A DNA stretch of 64,000 nt. Origin: Thecamonas trahens ATCC 50062 (lineage: Eukaryota > Protista > Apusomonadida). Positions 36,613-47,299 of this stretch are shown here, in pieces; the stretch's first letter is position 1; every line of letters starts with the position of its first letter. Where the stretch lies: contig NW_013657659.1 in assembly GCF_000142905.1 (NCBI RefSeq), positions 1-64,000 of the forward strand, given 5' to 3'. A program made the position numbers and the translations under genes. Below the pieces are notes generated by a model. That model did not search any database. It had not been told where the DNA came from and saw nothing but the letters and a program-made list of their open reading frames with translations.

Positions 36613-37389
36613 CTACTGGACAAGCACCATCCAGCCAATGGTGAGGTAGAAGAGGGCGATGGGGTAGATGGCGAGAAGACGCTTGTTCGAGGGAACCGAG
36701 TCGACAAGAAAGGCGCGTGAGGCAAAGGTGGCCCAGAACCAGCAGGCGAGGACAATGCCGATGCGCCAGGCAAGATGAGACCAGATCGAGGTGAGGAGAG
36801 CAGCAATGAGCATGGGGAAGATACAATATCCAAGTACACACACCGACTGCAGAACTGAGAGCTCTCCCCCCAGCAGTTGCGCATTGAGCGTGACCACCAG
36901 AGCACCAACCCAAACCAGAGCAAAGACAAGCGCAAAGACCAGAGCTGACTGATCAGAAGGAGCTGAAGCCGACAAGACGACGGAGAGTACCAAGCACAGG
37001 AGCAGCGGACCCCACAGATCCCAATCCTTAAGCAAGACATTAGCACCTGTCGTACCACCACCACCGCCGCCGACCATAGAGTACGATGATGATGAGGAGG
37101 AGGAGGAGAAGAGCGATGTGATGGGTACCATGACTCTCAACAACTTTGCCCCAATCCGCTTCAAATCCCTAGCCAGAGTCGTCATTACAGGTTCGTTCAA
37201 AGAATCCGGTTGCAGTTCACGATGCAGTTCCCACTCTGCCCATCCTTCATCTCGTCCTTCTCCGCCGACTCCTCCATGACCGCCACCGCCGCCACCGCCA
37301 CCACCGCCACCACCGCCCCCACCGCCAGTACTCGGCCTGTCACTCAGCATGGCTGCCACTTGGTCGTCGGACGCAAGTTGCATGGTCAT
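36613..37389 (-). CDS. YIPF6: Yip1-domain Golgi protein (YIPF6/Yip4-like)
   Basis: SLNEPVMTTLARDLK, KDWDLWGPLLLCL, VVTLNAQLLGG..QSVCVLGYCIFP, LAIYPIALFY. Confidence 0.92.
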   Translation of the reverse strand: MTMQLASDDQVAAMLSDRPSTGGGGGGGGGGGGGGGGHGGVGGEGRDEGWAEWELHRELQPDSLNEPVMTTLARDLKRIGAKLLRVMVPITSLFSSSSSSSSYSMVGGGGGGTTGANVLLKDWDLWGPLLLCLVLSVVLSASAPSDQSALVFALVFALVWVGALVVTLNAQLLGGELSVLQSVCVLGYCIFPMLIAALLTSIWSHLAWRIGIVLACWFWATFASRAFLVDSVPSNKRLLAIYPIALFYLTIGWMVLVQ

Positions 37390-37931
37390 CTTCTGGGATG
37401 TAGTGGAGTGGAGTGGAGTGGCGTGTGTCTGGGTCTGTGCTGGTGCTTGTGCTTGTCGTTCTCGCTGTCTCTGCTCAACGTGGCGAACAAGGGGAAAGTC
37501 GCTGTCTTCGAATGCCGCTTGTGCGAGAAGAGCGCGCGGGCGCGTGGGCGGATGATTGGAGGGAATCGCGGGGCGGGGATAGAGACAATGGCGAATTCAT
37601 CGGGGTTGAGAGGGAGGTGGGGAGGTGGAGGAGGTGGAGGAGGTGGGGGGGGGGGGAGCATCACCCGCACACTTCGAGCCCGATGACATGACGAGGGAAG
37701 ATAAGATGCATCTGCCGCTTGTCTTGCCGGTGGTGGATGACAGCTGCGGTCCCATGGGCGTTGTGGATGGATGGTGATCTCCAACGACGGCAAGGCCAGT
37801 GCCACAAACACATGATCCGATCAGAGTGGTAGCATCGAGCCTTCTGGTCCCCAGCCAGATCTGGTAACCTCGATGTAGTCGCAGTACTTGTCTGGATATC
37901 GAGCTCGTCGTCCGACCCGCACCACGTGGTT

Positions 37932-38411
37932 TCACCAGTCTGCCGCCAGGTCCGCAAGAGATGGCTCCGGCTGCGCAGGTTCAGGCGCCGAGTCGACCAC
38001 AACTGTAGATTTGGGCACCGCGCCAGCGGGTGCAACAGAGCCAGAAGCGAGGTTGACCTTCATCTTCTCCACGTTTGCATTCTCCATCCCGCGCCACGCC
38101 ACCTCTTTGCACACCTTGCACCGCAACAAGCGATCGTTCATCGTCCTTGCATCGGTCTCGGCGTCCTCGATCCGACCGTAAGTCGCCGAAGCAACATTTC
38201 CACATCCTCCGCACACAAGCCTACATACAAGCACCTCTCCCATCTGATGAGTTCGCATTGTTCCCCCATGCACGCCCAAACACTCATCGTCGATCGTCGC
38301 GCGCCGATCTGCGCCACCCCGAGATGCGTCGCACCGAGCCTCGCCAAGAGCATGATCACTCCCATATCGAGCATCACTCGCCCGAGCCACACTGTCTATC
38401 ACTTCCACCAT
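37932..38411 (-). CDS. Small hypothetical protein with two CxxC motifs (putative zinc ribbon)
   Basis: 159-aa ORF with CGGC...CKVC and coding-like composition. No family recognised. Confidence 0.5.
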   Translation of the reverse strand: MVEVIDSVARASDARYGSDHALGEARCDASRGGADRRATIDDECLGVHGGTMRTHQMGEVLVCRLVCGGCGNVASATYGRIEDAETDARTMNDRLLRCKVCKEVAWRGMENANVEKMKVNLASGSVAPAGAVPKSTVVVDSAPEPAQPEPSLADLAADW

Positions 38412-38840
38412 CTTCTCCGACAGTAACCAGCACCGGCAATTGATTATATAGCTATTTTTTGGCTCTCACCACACTCTTCAAACTTGCCCAACTCGCGCGC
38501 TCAACCTCGCTCAACTCGCCCGCCCCTCCCTCTCTTGCTCAAGCACGCACTCACGCTCATTTTCGAGACGTACGAGTTTTTGGAGAGGTCTTTCGTGGCA
38601 ATACCACAAGCACACGACATGGCTATTGGCCTGGTGGGCTTGAGAGTTGAGTGGCTGGCGCAGAGGTCGACAAGTGTCGGCGATGAGTCAGTGAGTCGTG
38701 AGTCTCTGCCTGCGGACGGTGGAGGACACCGATCTGTCCCGCCCCCCCCCCCCACCCCCCACCACACACACACACGTGCACACACCACCACTGTACACCA
38801 TCGCCAGGATAGAGACAATGGATAATCGCCATCACCATCC

Positions 38841-38908
38841 GGCGAGATCGGGCGAGATCGGGCGAGATCGGGCGAGATCGGGCGAGATCGGGCGAGATCG
38901 GGCGAGAT
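38841..38908. repeat. 10-bp tandem repeat (GGCGAGATCG), about 7 copies
   Basis: Directly visible. Confidence 0.97.
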
Positions 38909-39183
38909 GAGCAAAGTTCGGGAGGCCAGCTGGCATAGCTTCTGGCCTGTATCACCGATCTGCCCGCCACCCTCCCTCCGCTCTCCCACACATCACCACC
39001 AATACTCCAGCCCGATCTCCCCATCATCATCCCAAGAACCATTTTCTTTCGTTTTTTCTCTCGGAATTCCCAGCGTCTTTCCCCCGACATGTCGCCGCAC
39101 GCAGGTAAGGCAGGTTCTCTCGCCAGCCACCACAGCCTCCGCCAACACAATAGCCATAGCCACAGTCAACTCTAATATTCAAC

Positions 39184-40058
39184 ATGTTCAAGCTGATTGC
39201 TGTTCTTGCGCTGCTCGCCATTGCCGTCTCGGCACAGACTCCCCAGCCGTGCTGTACGTTCCCAGTCGCTGTCCTCTCTGTCGTCTCCGCTCCCTCCTCC
39301 CTCCCCCTTCCCCCCGCGCATGTCGCTTCCGCTGCCCAAAACCGACCTGCCTGCCTGCTGGCTCATGCGACCTTTTTCTGGATTCGGTGAAAAGTCACGT
39401 GATCACGAACACGATCAAGTGCCGCCCGCGCCCGCCCTTCTTCTCCCTCTTCTTCTTTCTCTCGCTACCATACTCATGCCCAAGCAATTACGTCGTGTAT
39501 ACAACAGCCACTCCGTTCGAGTGGCAGGGTGACATCTTCGTTGTGGACCCGGAGAAGCATGCTGCGGCTATTGCCCAGATCTCGTACGACTCGCTCCACC
39601 AGCGGACCAACACGTACGAGCGTGTCTACGCCAACGGCAAGCACTACGACTTCCAGTTCCTCGCCCTCTACCAGGACAACGTCGGCTACGAGATCAACCT
39701 TGATGACAAGACTTGCAAGGCTGTCCACATTCCCTCGGGCACCTTCCGCCCCTTCGCCCTCCCCTCGAACGCTACCTTTGACACCGAGCTCACCCTCGGC
39801 CTTGCCCTCGATGTCCAGGTTTGGTCCGGCCAGTTTGCCGACCCGCGTGGTGGCCTCATCCGCTGGATGGGTGGCGTCACCGCTGACGGCTGCATCCCGG
39901 TCTTTGAGGACGTCGCCATGGGTGACGGTAACTTCATCCACCAGACTTTCTCCAACATCGTCATCGGCATCCCCAACATCAACATCTGGATCCCGCCCAA
40001 GTACTGCAACACCGCCGAGGTTCACGCCGAGTCGTCGCCCTTCAACTCGCGCTTCTAA
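39184..40058 (+). CDS. EPDR1: Ependymin-related protein (EPDR family), secreted or lysosomal; exons 39184-39253 and 39508-40058
   Basis: Signal peptide MFKLIAVLALLAIAVSA; spliced PQPCSTPFEWQG; ISYD; TCK; VTADGCIPV; GIPNINIWIPPKYC. Cys spacing matches ependymins. Confidence 0.88.
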
Positions 40059-40461
40059 GCGTGAGGCTCTCCTCCTACCACTCATAGGCTGGCTGCTATG
40101 ACCCTGTCCAACCGTCGTGTCCATGTGGTTTTCCCCCTCGCATGGCCGTCTTTCAGAGTCGTAAACCTTCCCGCATCGTCGTCTGCCTGCCGTCGCTCAG
40201 CCCTCGCTGGCGCAAAGGAAGCGAGCTGATATGCAGAATACAGGCACCCACAGGGTACCCACCAGTCCAACACTCGCCTGGCCTTGATGAGAGCCAAAAC
40301 GACTTCATTGTGCCTGACGGTGGTCCCACCGGACACCATTCTGGGCACCATCAGTCTCACCATCACACCCGCGCTCACCATCACACCCACGCAACAACTT
40401 CCCCCGCTCTTCTCTCCTCGCTCCATTACTCTTCCACCTGCCATCATCCAGCCCGGCCACC

Positions 40462-40557
40462 ACGATCACGATCACGATCACGATCACGATCACGATCACG
40501 ATCACGACCAGCATCACGTCCGCGAACGCGATCGCGATCACGATCACGATCACGATC
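40462..40557. repeat. (CACGAT)n hexamer repeat upstream of HPS3 start
   Basis: Directly visible. Confidence 0.9.
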
Positions 40558-40660
40558 AAACCCCTCACCACCCCTCCCCCCCCACCCCCCCCCCCCCCCC
40601 CCACCCCCACCACCACCACCACCACTGCTACCACCCCCTCCCCATCCCACCACCACCACG

Positions 40661-43600
40661 ATGACGACGAAGGTGCTCCTGTTCCCCCTGTTCGAAGCGG
40701 AGCAAGTGTTCGGCCCAGCTACCGAACCTGTGGCTGTCAGCTCTTGCAAGTCATGCTTCCTGGTGGCGTCCAGCACGGGACTGGTCTCACTCTACGCGCC
40801 AGGAGGTAGCACATCATCTGCTCGCATACTCTCTTCCTTTGCAGCTACATCTTCAAGTATTTGGAAGATGGCGTATGTGCCACAAGCTGATGTGGTAGTG
40901 ACTTTGGAAAATACCTCTCAATCGCTCTCGCAATCGCAAGCTGTTCGCATCTACGCCAACTGGCGCATTCTCCCAGATTCTGATGCTGTTCTTCGTCCAT
41001 CGTCCTCCTCCTCGTCATCTCATGCTACCACCGCTGGTCCTGCTTCTAGCTCTGGTGCTATTGCTCCTCCTGCTGCTGCTGCTGCTGCTGTTTCTCCTAG
41101 TTTGCTGCCGGCGGCTGCGCTGGGTCAATCGCCTCCCCGCTCTGGTCATGGTCTCGATGATGACGATGCTGCGCGAGCTGCTGCTCGTCTAGCTCTCGCC
41201 TCGCCAGATGTGGCGGTGCCAGACAATCATCCGCTTCCGGCTGGACTTGTCACCTACACTCTGCCCGCTAGTGAGGAGCATCCGCCGGTGGCCATCGCTG
41301 TCTGCTCCGAGCTACCGCACCTAGCGGTGGCTTCGGCAAAGGCCATCAGCGTGTGGAACGTCGACCCGAGCATCGGCGAGCCGACGCTCATGGCTTCGGT
41401 CGAGCTGCCGGATGGATCGAGTTCGAACCCGCCGGTGGCAGTGGCGCTCCGCGCCGGCGTCCTCGCCTTTGCCACCGCATCGGAGCTCTTTGTCTATCGG
41501 CTGTGGTTCGAGCGGACAGCGCCACGTGGGCCAGGCGCCACTTCGGGCTCGGCAGTCCCTTTGCGCCCACGCCGCTCCCAGTTTGGCCAGCCGCTTGCTG
41601 CCTTTGGCACCGACGTGGACATGCTCTCCAGCTCGGCGCTCATCGGCACCGACGCCGCAGCCACCTTTCGCTTTGACGGCACCAGTGGCAAGCCGTCGTC
41701 GCATGCAGACATGCTCCTCGTCCCTGGCTTGCCTGCCGAGCGAGCCAGCGGCAAGCCGGTCTCTGCCTCGGCAGCCCACCGCGCCGCCCACCCCTCGGCC
41801 GCCGCAGTCTGCGAGCTCACCGCCTCCGCCCCCTCCACGCCTTTCACGTCAACGCCGCCGACGGCTACCAGCTTACACAATGCACGCTCGTGGCTCATAT
41901 CCGCAGCGACACGAGCTGGGGCATCCACTCGCTCCAGGTTCTGCCTGAGCATGCCGGCGGGAGCGTCGAACTCGTCGCCGCCAACGACGACCCGCTGAGC
42001 GAGTTTCAGGCCCCGATCTCCCAGTCCGCGGCTCGGTCGGCCTGCCGCGTCCTCGTCGCTGGCGAGCGGACCGGCATGCTGCTCGCTGTTGGTGCCTCGG
42101 GCGAGTCGGTTACCAAGCTCTGTGACTATGCCTTTACTTCGCCAGCGAGCGCCGTCCTTGCCTCGGACTCGCTTGTCTACGTCGCTACCGCCACCGGCAT
42201 GGAAACCTGGTCGCTCCGCGGGCTCGATGGTGGCTTTGGCGCAAGCTACCCGCCGCCGGCGGTCCTTGGCATGCAGGTCTTTATGGGCGTCCGCTCGTTT
42301 GCGCTCGCGGGCGACGCCCTCGTCGTCCTCTCCAAGATGTACGAGGACGAGACAGCGTACCCACCGACGGCGTGCCGTGGAATGACCCGCCTTCCGGCCG
42401 AGGCCTGGAACATCTACATCCTGCACTCGGCGCCGCTCGGTAGCCTCGTCAACGACATCTCAGCGCGCGCAGCCATGGCCAACGAGCCTGATCCAGGCAC
42501 CTACTTTCTCCTGCTTCTCGAAGCCTACCTCCTCCTGCAGACCCGCCTCGCCAAGCTCGCCCACGAGGCTCGCGAGGCCATCGGTCTGCTCGGTGCACCC
42601 GAAGTCGACCTCGCTGAGAGTGTCACACACACCCTCGAGGCCGCCAACTGCACCGCGCTGCTGCACAAGACCGCGGCGCTCCTTGCCGCCTTTCAGATGA
42701 ACGCGGCGGCGCCGGCCTCAGCCGCACACTTTCTGTGGCAGTCGGACATTCCGCTCACCCGCGGCCTCGCCCTCCTCGCCCGTGCGCCCGGTGAAGCCAA
42801 GATCTACTACCTCGACCGCATGCTCTTTGCGCCTGTGCTCCTGCCGCGCGTTGACGCCAATGCTGACGCCGCCGCCGCCATTGTCGCTCTCTACGCCCGC
42901 CACGCCCCGACCTCGCTCGCCCGCCTCGCCCTCTACTCTTGCCTCCAGGACTACCCGCAAGAGCCGGTCCTCACCGGCCTTGCCGAGCTCGAGACAAGAA
43001 GCCCGTACGACACCCTCGCCTACGCCCTCCTTGCGCTCGACGTTGGCAAGCTCTCAGCAAGTGTCGAGGCCCTCCTCGCCACCCCGCCCGAGCTGCTGAC
43101 CAAATTCGTCTCGGCCTCGCCGGGCATGCTCTACGTGCCGCCGGACCAGGGCAGGTGGACCGGCTCTTCCGACTACGACGACGACTACGATGCTGGCGGC
43201 GGCCCAGGCTCTGATCCTGCACTTCCGGCTGCGCTGCCGTCGTTTGCCGAAGTCCTCGCCGTCGCCCTCCCTTTGTCTTCCTCGACATCATTGTGGCCCA
43301 GGCCCTCGACTCGGCCACCCTTCCGTTCTCGGTTGCCCTTGACCTGCTCGAGTCGGCCTGCGGCAGCCGCCGAGTTGCGGCCAAACCCAACTCGCTCGTC
43401 CCACTTGCCACCCTTGACCCTGACGCTGCTCTCGACGGACCGGCCCAGGCCGCGCTCCTCGCACACATGGCCGCCTCCTCGGGCTTGGCCCGCCTCCCGC
43501 TCGTCGAATGCTTCCTCGAGCGTGCCATCGTGTGCCCCAACTTGGAGACCGACGTCTCTGAGCTGGCTGTCCGCCTCTCACACATGTACCTGGCCCGGAT

Positions 43601-44267
43601 TCTGGATGCCGAGGCCGTCGACGGCGGCGGACCTCAGCTGGTGAGCCTCCCAGCCGTCGCCTCGCTGCCGGCAAGCCACGCAGCTCGCGCCGAGGCCTGG
43701 CTCAGCATGCTGGCCGACGCCGCGCCATTTGGCGAGCCGTACCCGTGGCTGGCGCTGATGCCAGCTCCGGAGCCGATCAGGCCGTACGTGGCCAAGCTCT
43801 CGTCACTCCTCGCCTCGCCGCTCTTCCACTCGGCCGAGTTGCTCCTCGACCAGATCCAAGCAGCGATGCCGTCGCAGACCTCCCCGCCGCTTCATCTCTG
43901 CAGCCTCGAGCTCGCCTGCCTCGCTGCACTCGGGCGGACCGAGACTCTGGTCAAGACCCTCGCCACTGTCGCTGCCGCCGCCCCGGTCGTCCCGCTCGCG
44001 GTCGCCCGCCTCCACTTTGGCAGCGACGCCGAGGCCTGGCGGGCGCTGTTAGACGCGCTCAATGCCTCTTCCGGGCCAGCGGGCGACAGCGCTGACCCGC
44101 CTGTCGCCACCCGCTATGTTCTCGAGCACATGGCCCGGATCCTCCCGCCGGCGACCTTCATGCAGCTGTTGCCGTCCGATGGTGACCTCCGGGTTTACTT
44201 TCCGCTCCTCGCCGCCAGCATCACCGGCGAGCGGTCGCGCAAGGTCCTCGCGTCGATGCCACTATAA
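40661..44267 (+). CDS. HPS3: Hermansky-Pudlak syndrome 3 protein (BLOC-2 subunit); two -1 frame breaks (41829-41833, 43269-43274)
   Basis: N-terminal LFEAEQV..EPV, VVTLE..VRIYANW; middle VYVATATGMETWSLR..PPP..LGMQVFMGV..LVVLSK..WNIYIL..LLLEAYLLL; C-terminal VLEHMARILPPATFMQLLPSDG. These match HPS3 N, mid and C regions. Confidence 0.85.
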
Positions 44268-44300
44268 AGGAGACACGCAACATGGCGCGCCGGGCAGCTA

Positions 44301-46162
44301 CTACTGCGAGTACGAATAGTCGCCGTAGGCGTAGTCGCCGTAGGGCGGGTCCTGTGTGACAAACGATTTGCTCCCGCCTGCCGCCGGTCCGCGGCCGCGG
44401 CTTCGCCGGGCCTGGCCGGCGCCGTCCGAGTACTCGTACGCGTCGTAGCCAGAGTAGTCGAGCTCGTCAACGCCACGATCGTGGGCGTGGTCGTCAGGCT
44501 TGGAGAGCGGGGCCATGTATGCGGAGCGGGAGAAGGAGCGGCCGGTGATGAGCGAGAGCATGCGGGTGTTCTGCCGCGGGACGCAGTCCTCGATGGTCTT
44601 GCCGCCGGTGGTCACGGCAGTCTTGTCCGCGCCGGCGTCGATGAGCCGATGCGCGACCGGGGTGTGGCCAAAGCGGGCCGACCAATGGAGCGGCGTCCAT
44701 CCGGCCTCGTCGGGCTCGTTAAGCGAGGCTCCGGCGTTGACCAGCATGTCGACAATGTTGAGATGCCCACGCCGCGCGGCCCAGTACAGCGGCGTAGCGC
44801 CCTTGGCATCGGCGTTGTCGACCTGCGCGCCGGCATCGAGCAGCGCCGAGCAGACCGAGCTTGCGCCAAGGACCGCCGCCAGATGCAACGGGGACTTGTC
44901 GTCCGAGTCGGCGAGGTTGACGTCGGCGCCAGCGGCAATGAGCTCCTCGGCCGCCGCCCGCGACCCGCTCCGCAGCGCCCATACCAGAGCGGTGGCCCCA
45001 GTCTTGTCTGTTGCGTCCAACTCGAGCTCCTCACCGTAGTCCAGCAGCAGATTGAGCGTCTCCGGATCGTAGTACCGCGCAGCGAGATGGACCACAGTCG
45101 AGCCGACCCGATCAGCGGCGTTAAAGTCGGCCTCGCCGGCCTCGAGCAGGACCTCGGCGCATGCGACATGTTTGTATCGGACGGCGCAGTGGAGCGGTGT
45201 CCCGCCGAGCGAGTCCATCTCGTTGACCGACGTCCCGGCCTCGATGAGCGCAGCGACGCCGTCGGCGAACCCGTAGCCGGCCGCTACATGCAGCGGCGTC
45301 ACTCCCGAGCCGAGCTTGACATTCGGGTTTCGCCGTGGTCAAGCATCACCTGCAGCGCTTCGATGTCGAGCGCCTGGCACGCCTCGAATAGATCCGCCCG
45401 CGGAAGTCCGTCCACCGCCTGGCCATTGTTATACGAGCCAGCGTAACCATCTCTCGGCGTCCGCGACGAGGCCGACCCTCCAGCCCGCCGCCGCCCAGCA
45501 ATCGGCGGCAGCACAGCAGGCGAGCCCTGGAACGCGTTCGCCCGGCTCTTTTTCTTTGGCTGCGACCGCCGCGACCGTCCCGACCGATCAGACCGAGACC
45601 GAGAGTGCGACCGCGAGCGAGACCGTGATCGGGAGCAAGAGCGGGTGTGGCGTGATCGAGAGCGAGAGCATGAGCGAGAACGAGAGCGCGAGCGTGAGTG
45701 TGAGCTGCCGGCTCTCCCGCGAGACCTCCTGCCCGATGAGATGGATGCACGAGAGCGAGCGTTTGCCAGCGAAGCGTTTGAGCGATGACGATTAGATTTT
45801 TTGTCGGAACGACTAGATGCCCGAGAAGCTCTTGAAGGCGAGTCTCTCTGCGAAGACCGTGACGGCGACATTGACGCCTTTGATGTCTTTGACTGTCTCG
45901 TCCGACTTCTATCGTTGCTCTCAAGCTCTTCCTCCGAGTACGGCTGTCCGAGTTGACCACCGCCAGCACCAGCACCAGCACCAGCACCACCACGACCATC
46001 ACCATCACCATACTCTGCATATGGTTCGTATTCTCCATATCCTTCATCTGCATAAGGTCCGTATCCGTCGTACTCGTCGTACCGTCCCTCCGACCCAGAC
46101 ATGTTGGTGGCTACCACCGGCGAGGAGTGCCCTGCCAACCGCGAACTTGCTTCCAACGACAT
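44301..46162 (-). CDS. Ankyrin-repeat protein with RS-rich N-terminus; -1 frame break at 45328-45330
   Basis: About 7-8 ankyrin repeats (TPLHVAA, TPLHCAV, SPLHLAA, TPLYWAA, TPLHWSA). The first repeat (LFEACQ..MLDHGE|NPN..GVTPLH) spans the break. Confidence 0.85.
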
Positions 46163-46249
46163 TCGTTATTGAACAGAGAGAGAGGCCAAACGACGGCCAA
46201 ACGGTCATTGGCGGGGGACCACCCTCTCCACTCTACTTCACCATCGATT

Positions 46250-47282
46250 ATGTCATCAACAAGTAATTGTTAGCTCCACCAAACGATCACCCCAGCAACA
46301 AGTGATTGTACCCTCAAACGAACGATCACCCCAACAACAAGTAATCGTACCCACAACAGAACGATCACCCCAACAACAAGTAATCGTACCCACAACAGAA
46401 CGATCACCCCAACAACAAGTAATCGTACCCACAACTGAACGATCATCCCAACAACAAGTAATCGTACCCGCAACAGAACGATGGGGCATAGCATTCGCCC
46501 TGGTCCTCACAGCCCGTGGCTACACAAAGGGCTCCCTCTCGGCGTCAGGAGCCGTGGCGGCGTTCGTCACCGGATGGGCGACTTGCGCAGCAGGCGGACT
46601 TCTGCCTGCACTGCATCTTGTGGCCTTTTTTATTTCTTCCTCGGCGCTCACACGATACGGCGCAAAGCGCAAGGCCGTGCTCGAGGCAGAATATGCCACA
46701 TCGTCTTCAAGATCGGCTGTTCAAGTTCTCGCAAACTCGCTCACTGCTTCTCTTGCTCTCATCGCCGCTGCTCTGCTCGACAGACATCATCATCTTGCTC
46801 TGCTCGCGTCCTTGGCACACTACGCCGCCTGCGCTGCAGATACTTGGTCATCGGAGCTGGGCATCCTGGCTACCGCCCGTCCGCGGCTCATCACCGCGCC
46901 GTGGCGGCTCGCTCCGCCCGGCACAAACGGAGGCGTGACGCTTGTTGGCACGGTCGCCGGGCTGGCTGGTGGCGCCTTTATTGGCCTCGCCCACGCCCTC
47001 ATGCTCGCATTGCTCGGCTCGGAGCCGCTCGGGACCGCTCTAACCACATGGGTCTTGCTGGGAGCTGCTTCCGGCCTCCTCGGCACCACCATCGACTCGC
47101 TTCTCGGTGCCACCCTACAGTACTCGGGCTGGGACCCGGAGCGCAAAGTTGTCATCGAGTCGCCGTCCGCCGAGCTCGTACACATCACCGGCGCCGATAT
47201 ACTCGACAACCACCAAGTCAATTTTGCGGCCTCGTTCTTTACCGTTGCCATTGTCGTCGGATCCGCCTGGACGTTGGCCTAG
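46250..47282 (+). CDS. TMEM19: TMEM19/DUF92 membrane protein; proposed exons 46250-46262 and 46477-47282
   Basis: GSLSASGA, FFISSSALT, RSAVQVLAN, ADTWSSELG, PPGTNGGVT, IDSLLGATLQ, ILDNHQVNF. Splicing GTAATT...CAACAG gives MSSTKRWGIAF in frame. Confidence 0.88.
46263..46482 (+). repeat. 39-bp minisatellite, about 5.6 copies (GTAATCGTACCCACAACAG-AACGATCACCCCAACAACAA)
   Basis: Units start at 46263, 46302, 46341, 46380, 46419 and 46458. There are no unique spacers. Confidence 0.96.
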
Positions 47283-47299
47283 GCCTGCGCCTGCTCCAC

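Noticed and set aside
46263-46482. 39-bp repeat as a CRISPR array
   Set aside because: Units are contiguous with no unique spacers, there are no cas genes, and the context is eukaryotic.
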